Below are positions 51,145 through 63,700 of a DNA stretch of 64,000 bases, piece after piece (the stretch's first letter is position 1; every line of letters begins with the position of its first letter). This stretch comes from Pecten maximus (taxonomy: Eukaryota): assembly GCF_902652985.1 (NCBI RefSeq), contig NC_047016.1, positions 20,212,001-20,276,000 of the forward strand. Reading direction: 5' to 3'. Below the pieces are notes generated by a model, which saw only the letters and a program-made list of their open reading frames with translations, did not search any database and had not been told where the DNA came from. Position numbers and translations under genes: made by a program.

Positions 51145-51435
51145 ATTGAAGTGACTGGGGAGTCCAGGTTATCCAAATACATTAATCCTGACAGGGTTTA
51201 GTATGTGGAGTTGGGAGATCCAGTGATATTTCCAGTTCCTCCTAACTTGTTAGAGGAGGGGGAGTCAGGGTCCGAGTTGATTTGATATATGCAGTGATAA
51301 ACTGACTCAACCAAGCACCTCTGATGAGTCTTATCTGTAACAGACGAAATCGGTCAGGTCTAGAAGCAACATTTTGTCCAATCACCCACAGCCAGCCATT
51401 GGGAGTGAAGCTGTACCCAAACCAGTCACTTCAAT
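51145..51435 (+). mobile_element. 291-bp structured element with 14-bp terminal inverted repeats, carrying the hammerhead (retrozyme-like)
   Basis: ATTGAAGTGACTGG (51145-51158) / CCAGTCACTTCAAT (51422-51435); several internal hairpins. Confidence 0.5.
51317..51359 (+). ncRNA. Type I (minimal) hammerhead ribozyme
   Basis: ACCT-CTGATGA-GTCT(loop)AGAC-GAAA-TCG-GTC-AGGT: intact CUGAUGA and GAAA core, stem I ACCT/AGGT, stem II GTCT/AGAC, short stem III, GUC cleavage triplet ending at 51355. Confidence 0.75.
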
Positions 51436-51555
51436 CCAACCATAGTATAGTCCCTACACTTACTACTTAGTCAGTCCATTCCCAAAATATTCCTTTATCT
51501 TATAACTGATGTAACTTAGCCGTTATTACACTAACTATGTGGTATATAAAGTACC

Positions 51556-51652
51556 TAGCCTAAGTTTCCTCTGGCCCTGACACATGACCTATACATTCTG
51601 ACAGATAGATGTATGGTGTAGACATGTTGTCGGGCCAGATAAACTTGGGCTA
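51556..51652. mobile_element. Small palindromic MITE-like element
   Basis: TAGCCTAAGTTT..TCTGGCCCTGACA / TGTCGGGCCAGA.AAACTTGGGCTA. Confidence 0.6.
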
Positions 51653-52139
51653 ATATAGGTACCATATTCTTATATTTTCTAAGCATTCTTCAAATTATTT
51701 CAATGGTATTTATAAATTCCATGAAACTTTTTGTTTCTATAGGTACTATAATCACAATAACAATTTTACTGTAACTCTTATTCATACATATTCCATCAGG
51801 TTCGGAAGTATTTAAATGTGTGTGTTCATACTGTCATCCTTTTGTCTGGGTATACTGCCATCATTTGTCGTTAAAACCTGGTTATACTGCCATTATTTGT
51901 AAAACCTTTAATATACTGTCACCATGTCTGTAAAACCTGGTTATACTGCAATAATTTGTCATTTAAATCAGATTATACTGTCACCACGCATTTGTAAAAA
52001 GATTTTTATACTACCACAATACAAAACCTTAATATATTGTCATCATTCGTCTGTAAAATTTGTTATATCACCACCATTGTACAGTGTAACCCTGTGTTAT
52101 AAGGATGTTGGATATATATATATTGGTAGTAACTGATTA

Positions 52140-52950
52140 AGAAATGGTGTGCGTAAAAACGGTGAGCCAAACACAGAGATTCATTCAATTGTCCAATTTA
52201 TTGGAAAGCATTGTTTACATGTTTCGGCCATCATCACAACAACAATCATTTATTGTGATGTCTCATACGTATGTAAGCATCAGAAATTGATGACGCCATG
52301 AGTGAGTATACACAAAAAAAACACTGCCAAAGAGCAATTTGGCGGAGAAATAAATTATGTGTAGATGAAGTTGACAGGTGCTTGATTAATCTTTTGAGTT
52401 ATATACAGATATAGTTAGTTATCCATTATAGGGAAAAAAATAGCAAAAAGTTCCAGACTAATATGTCCATAATAGCTAATTTATTCCAGGCTATTATGTC
52501 TATAATAGCCAATTTATTCTAGACTAATATGTCTATAATAGCTAATTAATGCTTAGGTGGGATGGTTCCATTGTATCCATAAAGGCGATGTGAACTACCT
52601 CGACCTTGAGAGAATATTATGGCGAGTTTATGTGTGTTAAGAGTGAATTCGGAAAGGTTAGAGTTGGAGAGTTGTATAATTATCTTCTTTGGAAGAAATG
52701 TCTGTTTTTTTTCATTCCAGTTATAGTGGAGTTATTTCTGGGGTTTTTTTTAGGTTGTTTAAACAGCAGATACAGCAGAGGCTATGAGTTGGTTGACAAG
52801 TTCCTTTTCTGAAGTGTCGGAGACCAGGATTGCTTCAGCTGAGTCAATTTCTGTTTGCAGGGCCCAAAATCTGTCCTTCCAATAGCCTCGAACTAAGATA
52901 GCTTCAACCAACTTATAGCCTTTGCAATCCAGCCTAAACATACGTTATGT
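52140..52950 (-). mobile_element. Decayed Penelope-like retroelement fragment (pseudo-LTR with hammerhead and polyA signal, plus N-terminal ORF remnant)
   Basis: Hammerhead followed by AATAAA; helical ORF remnant and IIQLSNSNLSE, resembling the PLE N-terminal V-x-NLS motif. Confidence 0.35.
52210..52246 (-). ncRNA. Degenerate Penelope-type minimal hammerhead remnant
   Basis: Reverse complement reads TTGTT-gTGATGA-TGGCC-GAAAC-AT-GTA-AACAA, followed by AATAAA (52202-52197); C3->G and stem II truncated. Confidence 0.45.
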
Positions 52951-53123
52951 CTCTAAAAAGAAATAGATTGTGAATTACTTCCTTTTGATATTGTCCAAAG
53001 GAAAAATAATTTTTTTAACACTTATTACATGTTCATTTTTTGTATGATATTTATGAATTATTGAAACTATTCTATTGCACAAGTTTACTGTTTATATTGT
53101 ATGGGGTTTAAAGATTTAATTAT

Positions 53124-53398
53124 GGCCTACTTCGAGCATCAACTATACTGATTATAATATGAACTACTATGAATTACATGTAATGCGCATGTATAGAGAA
53201 ACAAGTTTTGATGTGCATGTCCAGTAGACTACGGATCAACAGCCGATTTCCTTTGGTCGGTCTACAGCAACTGGACTTCGTTTGCACATGGTCTCCATGT
53301 GGAAGCACAGCAGGGATTGGTTGTTGATTATATGCATGTGTAATCACATTAAATGAAACAGCCTCACTATAGCAAATAGTTGACACTCAAAGTAGGCC
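53124..53398. mobile_element. PIF/Harbinger-like (Tourist-type) MITE
   Basis: Imperfect 22-bp TIRs GGCCTACTTCGAGCATCAACTA / TAGTTGACACTCAAAGTAGGCC with a 3-bp TAT duplication. Confidence 0.65.
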
Positions 53399-54549
53399 TA
53401 TGTTTCATAAAGTAGTCTCTATTGTATTCTCTATAGTTTCATTAAGTTTTACATGCATTCATTGATTTCTTAAAATCAAAATACAAAATGTAGCTATTTT
53501 TTCTAATAAAACTTACAGCCTTTTGATTTCTGTTGATAAATGGTTTAATCAACCTTTAAAAAATATCATTAATTTTAGAAATAAAGAACAAACCAACCAA
53601 CCTTATCAAAATTAAATGAGCATGTCCTGTTATTTTGTGTTATGTGTTATAGATTGTGGATAGATTTAAAAGGCGTAGGTAAAGGCTGGAAAGAGAAATG
53701 TTTTAATTGGTGGTCTTACTAGTTTTATATATTCCAGAGTAGCGAAGAAAATATTGAATACTTGTACGTTGCATCAATGTGCAGAATATGGAAACATTAT
53801 TTTTAAGTTTATGCAGCAAATATGCACAAATTTAAGAAAGAAAGAAAGAAAGAAAAAGAAAGAAAAAAAAACTGCATTTACAGTAATGTACATGGAAGAA
53901 ATTGGACTTGGATGGTTTACAAGGCAAATTTATGGACTCGTTTCTTCTTGCAGGAATGTTTTGAAATGTATTCCAGGCAAAAGACTGATGCGAACATGTT
54001 ATAAAAATGTCAGTTCTGGTTCCAAAACCAGGTAGGAGTGAACAAATTGTCACACTCCATTGATATATAATACATGTAGCAACATGTGTTGCTAGTGATT
54101 GGTAATTTTAAGTGATAGTCCATATTGGTAAAGTTTCATTTTACCTGTACTATGTAGCAAGTAATTTAGTAAAGGAGTCAACACTTCAGATTTGTTCTTC
54201 CTTTTGTCAACTTACATGGTAAAACTCATCTATCTTGGTGTTTGTCCAGGTAGTTCAGTTTTAATCCAATCTATAAATGTATTTGAAATGTGGTACGTTT
54301 CATAACTATGATTATGTGCCATTCTGATTAACATATTTTTAGTTAGTTGCTGTTCTTTTATTTTGGTATTTTAATTTTGTTTGAAGGATATACAGTATCT
54401 ACTTTTAGTCTTTTTTCCGATTTCTTTGAAAACTAAAATCAAAGGTTTTAATTATCTTTATCGTTTAATAAAATTACAACTAGACATACAGTGTACTAAG
54501 TCATTGATTAAAGGAGTTACTACGGATTGTAAATCTTTCTTTTCTTTTT

Positions 54550-55440
54550 CTTTAAGTAGACTTTAACAATTCTTCTCGGAATTCAGTTGCTGCATTTCCA
54601 AATTTTCTACATTTTGTTACAAGAATATCCAATTGAGATCTTGCAAGATCCAAATCTTTCTCTCGACAGGAAAGTAGACATTGGTTGAAAAAATAATATT
54701 GATAAACTAGAATTAAACAGGTGCACAGACTAGCATTACCAGTAAGTGCAAGTGTAGAACCATCAGACATGTTATTCCTAACAGTTTTTCAATCACTGCT
54801 ATATATAAACACGATCTTCAAAACTGATTGATGCAGAGGACAAGTGTCCTGAAAAACTTTTTTTTTTCTTGTGTAACATGCAACTGGTTTATAATTATTG
54901 AATGAATTTCCAATAGGATCATGGCAACATAAGTACTACCCTGAAGTGAGGCGAACAAGGTACTGTTGTCAATATCTCCTGCTCATCATACAAGTCAGGA
55001 CAAGACGACTAAATTTAATTTGAATTATTATAAGATATGACTGGATGCAACCATCAAAGAGTTGGTGTAACTAGTAGTATTCGGATCGTTTCCAGATTGA
55101 ATTGTGATTGGAAGTTGAAGTAGAATGCTACTTGGCTGTCTCTGTGTGGTCTTAGTGTGGATATTCAAAGAAACAGAATTTAAGTTCACGTTAAATTCTC
55201 CTACTACATTATGCATTAGGAGCAGTTGTTCAGGTAAGTGTGTATCGAACTTGGATCAGCCCATGTGCAGATTCATAACAGTATTTCCTCATGGGAGTGT
55301 TTACAATGTAGACTGCAATTGCATTACTGCCAAAGTGCCACGGACATATATATGCCAATTCTGGTGTAGGCTCTCTATCATGACTAATACGCCAATAGCT
55401 GTATCGTGATCATGCTTAATAAGCGGAGTCAATCTTCATC
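54550..55440 (-). mobile_element. Decayed Penelope-like element, GIY-YIG endonuclease remnant followed by an N-terminal ORF remnant
   Basis: Frameshifted minus-strand motifs CNCSLHCK, YLNNCS*C, VGE..RELKFCFFE, KRSEYY*LHQL, in the order expected for a PLE GIY-YIG domain. Confidence 0.5.
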
Positions 55441-55994
55441 TCATCAAACACAACTACATATTATGATTAAAGCCTACCAAGTTTCAAAGAAACTGATAGA
55501 AACCAGCCGTATGTATACAAACTAAGCCCCAATACATGTACTCATACAATAGATACAGCGACTCTGGTTTATCAAAGAATTTGTTTGAAAAGTTTAAATG
55601 ACATCAGACGGATTGAAAACGGATGGCACACCATTACCCAAGATCATTTGCCCTTTACTCATGCGAGCTTAACAATAGACAAAATATTCCAGAACAGCAA
55701 ATTCATGTACAATGATTTTTTTATTCTCAACCATCTGGGAGGGGGGGAAACACCCAAAACACTGTTATTGAACAGTAATAATACATTACGTATCAGGATA
55801 TATCGGAACATAAATTATTTAGGAACAATGTTCTGTCATTTAAATTGTTTCTTGTAATTGCACATGTCATTAAACACTCCCAACGTTTGGAAAAGAATCA
55901 CATTGCTTGCAGATCATTCGCCAAGATTTGTTGTCCATCTTCACGATTAAAAAAACAAAAAACAAAGTAGTTGTTCCATTCCCGATCATCCTAA

Positions 55995-58900
55995 ACTGGT
56001 GGTCGTTGGACCTCTGTCGTTGTACCATTCATCTTGGTGGTCCTTGGTCCTTCGTCTTCGTCGTTCCATTCATCTTGGTGGTCCTTGGTCCTTCGTCTTC
56101 GTCGTTCCATTCATCTTGGTGGTCCTTGGTCCTTCATCTTCGTCGTTCCATTCATCTTGGTGGTCCTTCGTCTTCGTCGTTCCATTCATCTTGGTGGTCC
56201 TTGGTCCTTCGTCTTCGTCGTTCCATTCATCTTGGTGGTCCTTGGTCCTTCATCTTCGTCGTTGTACCATTCATCTTGGGAGGTCACTGGTCCTCCGTCG
56301 TCGTCGTACCATTCATCTTGGTGGTCCTTGGTCCTCCGTCATCGTTGTCCCATTCATCTTGGTGGTCCTTGGTCCTCTGTCGTTGTACCATTCATCTTCG
56401 TGGTCCTCCGTCGTTGTACCATTCATCTTGGTGGTCCTTGGTCCTCCGTCGTTGTACCATTTCCTGTCAGCCTCAACTGGTGGTCCGATTTCCTCCGTCA
56501 TAGTCGTTCCATACATCTTGGTGGTCCTTGGCCCTCCGTCGTTGTACCATTCATCTTGGTGTCCTTGGTCACCCGTCGTTGTACCATTCATATTTGTGGT
56601 CGTTGGTCCTCCGTTGTTGCACCATTCATCTTGGTGGTTCTTGGTCCTCCGTCGTTGCATCTTTTGGTCGTTGGTCCTCGGTCGTTGTACCATTCATCTT
56701 GGTGGTTCTTGGTCCTCCGTCGTTGTACCATTAATCTTTGTGGTCGTTGGTCCTCCGTCGTTGTACCATTCATCTTAGTGGTCCTTGGTCCTCTGTCGTT
56801 GCACCATTCATCTTGGAGGTCCTCGGTCCTCTGTCGTAGTACCATTACCCGTCATCCTCAACTGCTGGCCTTGGTCCTCTGTCGTTGTACCATTCATCTT
56901 GGTGGTCCTTGGTTCTCCGTCGTTGTTCCATTCATCTTCGTGGTCGTTGGTCCTCGGTCGTTGTCCCATTCATCTTCGTGGTCCTTGGTCCTCCGTTGTT
57001 GTACCAGTCATTTTTGTTGTCGTTGGTCCTCCTTCGTTGTACCATTAATCTTTGTGGTCGTTGGTCCTCCGTCGTTGTACCATTCATCTTAGTGGTCCTT
57101 GGTCCTCTGTCGTTGTACCATTTCCTGTCAGCCTCAACTGGTGGTCCTATGTCCTCCGTCATAGTCGTTCCATACATCTTGGTGGTCCTTGGTCCTGCGT
57201 CGTTGTATCAGTTATCTTTGTGGTCATTGGTCCTCGGTCGTTGTACCATTCATCTTCGTGGTCCTTGGTCCTCCGTTGTTGTACCAGTAATATTTGTTGT
57301 CGTTGATCCTCCGTTGTTGTACCAGTCATTTTTGTTGTCGTTGGTCCTCCGTCGTTGTACCATTCATCTTTGTGGTCGTTGGTCCTCCGTCGTTGTACCA
57401 TTCATCTTACTGGTCCTTGGTTCTCCGTCGTTGTTCCATTCATCTTGGTGGTCGTTGGTCCTCGATCGTTGTACCATTCATCTTAGTGGGCCTTGGTCCT
57501 CCGTCGTTGTTCCATTCATCTTGGTAGTCCTTGGTTCTCCGTCGTCGTACCATTCATCTTTGTGGTCTTTGGTCCTCCGTCGTCGTACCATTCATCTTGG
57601 TGGTCGTTGGTCCTCCGTCATTGCACCATTCATCTTGGTGGTCGTTGGTTCTCCATCGTATCATTGATCTTGGTGGTCCTTGGTCCTCCGTCGTTGCACC
57701 ATTCATCTTTTTGGTAGTTGGTCCTCGGTCGTTGTACCATTCATCTTGGTGGTCCTTGGGTGTCCTTGGTTCTCCGTCTTTGTTCCATTCATGTTGGTGG
57801 TCGTTGGTCCTCCGTCGTTGTACCATTCATCTTGGTGGTCGTTGGTCCTCCATCGTTGTACCATTCATCTTTTTGGTCGTTGGTCCTCCGTCGTTGCACC
57901 ATTCATCTTGGAGGTCCTCGGTCCTCTGTCGTAGTACCATTACCCGTCATCCTCAACTGCTGGCCTTGGTCCTCTGTCGTTGTACCATTCATCTTGGTGG
58001 TCGTTGGTCCTCGCTCGTTGTACCATTCATCTTGGTGGTCCTTGGTCCTCCGTCGTTGTACCATTCATCTTGGTGGTCGCTGGTCCTCCGTCGTTGCACC
58101 ATTCAAGTTTTTGGTCGTTGGTCCTCGGTCGTTGTACCATTCATCTTGGTGGTCCTTGGTTCTCCGTCGTTGTTCCATTCATCTTCGTGGTCGTTGGTCC
58201 TCGGTCGTTGTCCCATTCATCTTCGTGGTCCTTGGTCCTCCGTTGTTGTACCAGTCATTTTTGTTGTCATTGGTCCTCCGTCGTTGTACCATTAACCTTT
58301 GTGGTCGTTGGTCCTCCGTCGTTGTACCATTCATCTTAGTGGTCCTTGGTCCTCTGTCGTTGTACCATTTCCTGTCAGCCTCAACTGGTGGTCCTATGTC
58401 CTCCGTCATAGTCGTTCCATACATCTTGGTGGTCCTTGGTCCTGCGTCGTTGTATCAGTTATCTTTGTGGTCGTTGGTCCTCGGTCGTTGTACCATTCAT
58501 CTTCGTGGTCCTTGGTCCTCCGTTGTTGTACCAGTAATTTTTGTTGTCGTTGATCCTCCGTTGTTGTACCAGTCATTTTTGTTGTCGTTGGTCCTCCGTC
58601 GTTGTACCATTCATCTTTGTGGTCGTTGGTCCTCCGTCGTTGTACCATTCATCTTACTGGTCCTTGGTTCTCCATCGTTGTTCCATTCATCTTGGTGGTC
58701 GTTGGTCCTCGATCGTTGTACCATTCATCTTAGTGGGCCTTGGTCCTCCGTCGTTGTTCCATTCATCTTGGTAGTCCTTGGTTCTCCGTCGTCGTACCAT
58801 TCATCTTTGTGGTCTTTGGTCCTCCGTCGTCGTACCATTCATCTTGGTGGTCGTTGGTCCTCCGTCATTGCACCATTCATCTTGGTGGTCTTTGGTTCTC

Positions 58901-60760
58901 CATCGTATCATTGATCTTGGTGGTCCTTGGTCCTCCGTCGTTGCACCATTCATCTTTTTGGTCGTTGGTCCTCGGTCGTTGTACCATTCATCTTGGTGGT
59001 CCTTGGGTGTCCTTGGTTCTTCGTCTTTGTTCCATTCATGTTGGTGGTCGTTGGTCCTCAGTCGTTGTACCATTCATCTTGGTGGTCCTTGGTCACCCCT
59101 CGTTGTACCATGAATTCATCTTTGTGGTCGTTGGTCCTCCGTTGTTGCACCATTCATCTTGGTGGTCGTTGGTCCTCCGTCATTGCACCGTTCATCTTCT
59201 GGTCGTTGGTCCTCGGTCGTTGTACCATTCATCTTGGTTCTTGGTCCTCCGTCGTTGTACCATTCATCTTGGTGGTCGTTGGTCCTCCATCGTTGTACCA
59301 TTCATCTTTTTGGTCGTTGGTCCTCCGTCGTTGTACCATTCATCTCGGCCTCAACTGCTGGGCATTGGTCCTCCATTGTTGTACCATTCATCTGGGTGGC
59401 CTTGGTCCTCTGTTGTTGTACCATTCATCTTGGTGGTCCTTGGTTCTCCGTCGTTGTACCATTCATCTTTGTGGTCCTTGGTCCTCTGTCGTTGTTCCAT
59501 TCATCTTTAGTGGTCCTTGGTCCACCGTCGTACCATTCATCTTTGTTGTCGTTGATCCTCCGTCCTTGTACCATTCATCATTGTGGTCGTTGGTCCTCCA
59601 TTGTTGCACCAGTAATTTTTGTTGTCGTTGATCCTCCGTTGTTGTACCAGTCATTTTTGTTGTCGTTGGTCCTCCGTCGTTGTACCATTCATCTTTGTGG
59701 TCGTTGGTCCTCCGTCGTTGTACCATTCATCTTTGTGGTCCTTGGTCCTCTGTCGTTGTTCCATTCATCTTTAGTGGTCCTTGGTCCTGCGTCGTTGTAT
59801 CAGTTATCTTTGTGGTCGTTGGTCCTCGGTCGTTGTACCATTCATCTTCGTGGTCCTTGGTCCTCCGTTGTTGTACCAGTAATTTTTGTTGTCGTTGATC
59901 CTCCGTTGTTGTACCAGTCATTTTTGTTGTCGTTGGTCCTCCGTCGTTGTACCATTCATCTTTGTGGTCGTTGGTCCTCCGTCGTTGTACCATTAATCTT
60001 TGTGGTCGTTGATCCTCTGTTGTTGTACCATTCATCTAGGTGGTCCTTGGTCCTCTGTCGTTGTACCATTCATCTTGGTGGTCCTTGGTCTTCCGTCGTT
60101 GTACCATGACCCGTCATCCTCAACTGGTTGTTCTTCATCCTACCTTGTTGTACCATTCATCTTTGTGGTCGTTGGTCCTCCATCGTTGTACCATTCATAT
60201 TTGTGGTCATTGGTCCTCCGTCTTTCTACAAGTCATGTTGGTGGTCGCTGGTCCTCCGTCTTTGTACAATTTCCTGTCAGCCTCAGCTTGTGGTCGCTGA
60301 TTGAAAGTTGTTGTATCATTCATCTTGGTGGTCCTTGGACCTCCGTCGTACCATTTACCTTGGTGGTCCCTTGTTCTCTGTTGTTTACCATTTCTATCAG
60401 CCTCAACTGGTGTCACCAGTCCAAAGCCTGTCTTACCTTTCATCTTGGTGATCCTTGGTCCACTGTCATCGTAAAATTACCCTTCATTATATACTAGTGG
60501 TCATTGGTCATCCAATGTTGTACCACTCCCCGTCATCCTCAACTGGTGGTCACTGGTCCAACGTCGTGGTACTATCTAGCGTTGTACCATCCTTATTTGT
60601 GGTCCTCGGTCATTGTACAATTACCCATCATCCTCAAATGCTGTTCCTTGATCCTGGGTTGTTGTTAGCTAGTTGTACCATTATCTGTCATCCTTGATTG
60701 GCAGTCACTGGTTCTCTTTCGTTGTATTGGTATTGGTGGTTTTTGGGTCCTTTGCTTCGT
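55995..60760. repeat. 38-bp satellite GTCGTTGTACCATTCATCTTGGTGGTCCTTGGTCCTCC with a ~1247-bp higher-order duplication
   Basis: Tandem copies; near-identical translations offset by 1247 bp (56932/58179, 57159/58406). Confidence 0.96.
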
Positions 60761-60799
60761 GTACAAGTCATGTTATAGCATTATCCTCAGTAGATTCTG

Positions 60800-63700
60800 A
60801 CCTGTTGTACCATTTCCCAATGTAATGTCTCTCCTGTTGCACCATTATGCTCAGTATATATGATCCTGTTGTGCCATTACCCTCAGTAGTGCCTGTCCTG
60901 TTGTGCCATTACCCTCAGTAGTGCCTGTCCTGTTGTATCATTACCCTCAGTAGTGTCTGTCCTGTTGTACCATAACCCTCAGAAGTATCTGTCCTGTTGT
61001 ACCATTACCCTCAGTAGTGTTTGTCCTGTTGTACCATTTCCCTCAGTAGTGTTTGTCCTGTTGTACCATTTCCCTCAGTAGTGCCTGTCCTGTTGTGCCA
61101 TTACCCTCAGTAGTGCCTGTCCTGTTGTATCATTACCCTCAGTAGTGTCTCTGTCCTGTTCTACCATTACCCTCAGAAGTATCTGTCCTGTTGTACCATT
61201 ACCCTCAGTAGTGTTTGTCCTGTTGTACCATTACCCTCAGTAGTGTCTGTCCTGTTGTGTCAAAAACCTCAGTTTCATCTGTCCTGTGAAAAGATTACCT
61301 TTGGTGGTGTCTCCCCTGTCTTACAAATACTTCAGTAGTTTCTCCACAAGTAGTGTCAGTCATGTTGTACCATTTTTGCAGTAGATTCTGACCTGTTGTA
61401 ACGGTTGCCCAAAGAGTGTCTGTCATGTTGTACAAATTCCTTTAGAAATGCCTTTCCTGTTGTACCATTACCCTCAATAGTGTCTATCCTGTTGTACCAT
61501 TTTCCTCATTAGTGCTTTTCCTGTAGTTCCAATACCCTCACCTCAATAGTGTCTTTCCTGTTGTAACATCACCCTCAGTAGTGTTAGACCTGTTGTACCA
61601 TTACCTTCAGTAGTGTCTGTCCTGTTGTAACATTGCCAACAGTAGTGCCTGTCCTGTTGTACCATTTCCCTCAGCAGAGTCTGTCCTGTTGTACAATTTC
61701 CCCAAGGACTGTCTGTCCTGTTGTACCATTTCGCTCAGCAGAGTCTGTCCTGTTGTACAATTTCCCCAAGGACTGTCTGTCCTGTTGTACCATTTCCCCA
61801 AGGAGTGTCTGTCCTGTTGTACCATTTCCGTCAGTAGTGTCTGTCCTGTTGTACCATTACCCTCAGAAGTATCTGTCCTCTTGTAAAATTACCCTCCGAA
61901 GTATCTGTCCAGTTGTACCATTACCTTCAGTAGTGTTTTGTCCTGTTGTACCATTACCCTCAGTAGTATCTGTCCTGTTGTACCATTACCCTCAGAAGTG
62001 TCTGTCCTGGTGTGTCGTAGACCTCAGTTTCATTTGTCCTGTGAAAAGATTACCTTCGGTGGTGTCTTCCCTGTCTGATGAATACCTCAGTAGTTTCTGC
62101 CCAGTTGTACCATTTCCCTCATTAGTGCCTTTCCTGTTGTACCATAACCCACAGTAGTGTCCGTCCTGTTGTACCATTTCCCTCAGTAGTGCCTGTCTTG
62201 TTGTACCATTACCCTCAGAAGTATCTGTCCTGTTGTACCATTACCCTCAGAAGTATCTGTCCTGTTGTACCATTACCCTCAGTAGTGTCTGTCCTGTTGT
62301 ACCATTACCCTCAGAAGTATCTGTCCTGTTGTACCATTACTCTCAGTAGTGTCTGTCCTGTTGTACCATTACCCTCAGTAGTACCTTTCCTGTAGTACCA
62401 TTACCCTCAGTAGTGCCTTTCCTGTAGTACCATTACCCTCAGTAGTGTCTGTCCTGAAGTACCATTACTCTCAGTAGTGCCTTTCCTGTGGGAAGATCAT
62501 TACCTTTGGTGGTGTCTCCCCTGTCTTACGAATACCTCAGTAGTGTCTGCCCAGTTGTACCATTTCCCTCATTAGTGCTTTTCCTGTAGTTCCAATACCC
62601 TCACCTCAATAGTGTCTTTCCTGTTGTAACATCACCCTCAGTAGTGTTAGACCTGTTGTACCATTACCCTCAGTAGTGTCTGTCCTGTTGTAACATTGCC
62701 AACAGTAGTGCCTGTCCTGTTGTACCATTTCCCTCAGCAGAGTCTGTCCTGTTGTACCATTTCCCCAAGGAGTGTCTGTCCTGTTGTACCAATACCCTCA
62801 GTAGTGTCTATCCTGTTGTAGTTGTACCATTTCTCTCAGTAGTGTCTGTCCTGTAGTACCATTTCTTCAGTAGTGTCTGTCCTGTTGTACCATTTCCCCA
62901 AGGAGTGCCTTTCCTGTTGTACCAATACCCTCAGTAGTGTGTATCCTGTTGCAACATTACCCTAAGTAGTGTCTGTCCTGTTGTACCATTGACCTCAGCA
63001 ATGCCTGTCTGGTTGTACCATTACCCTCAGTAGTGTCTGTCCTGTTGTACCATTACCCTCAGTAGTGTCTGTCCTGTTGTACCATTACCCTCAGTAGTGT
63101 CTGTCCTGTTGAACCATTACCCACAGTACTATGTCAGTAGTGCCTTTTCTGTTGTACCATTTCCCTCAGAACTGTCTGTCCTGTTGTATAATTACCCCAA
63201 GGAGCGTCTGTCCTGTTCTGTCATCAACCTCAGTTTCATTTGTCCTGTCAACAGATTACCTTCAGTGGTGTCTCCCCTGTCTGACGAATACCTCAGTAGT
63301 TTTGCCCAGTTGTACCATTTCCCTCATTAGTGCCTTTCCTGTTGTACCATAACCCACAGTAGTGCCTTTCCTGTAGTACCAGCACCAACAGTAGTGTTTG
63401 TCTGGTTGTACCATTTCCCTCAGTAGTGCCTGTCCTGTTGTACCATTTCCCTCAGTAGTGCCTGTCCTGTTGTACCATTTCCTTCAGTAGTGCCTGTCCT
63501 GTTGTACCATTTCCCTCAGCAGTGCCTGTCCTGTTGTACAATTTCCCCAAGGACTGTCTGTCCTGTTGTACCATTTCGCTCAGCAGAGTCTGTCCTGTTG
63601 TACAATTTCCCCAAGGACTGTCTGTCCTGTTGTACCATTTCCCCAAGGAGTGTCTGTCCTGTTGTACCATTTCCATCAGTAGTGTCTGTCCTGTTGTACC

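Noticed and set aside
53750-54260. Possible decayed LINE endonuclease/RT fragments
   Set aside because: Motif resemblance is too weak to support without a search.
55907-60697. Many 200-400 aa ORFs
   Set aside because: Translations of a 38-bp satellite, open in several frames at once, with no domain signal.
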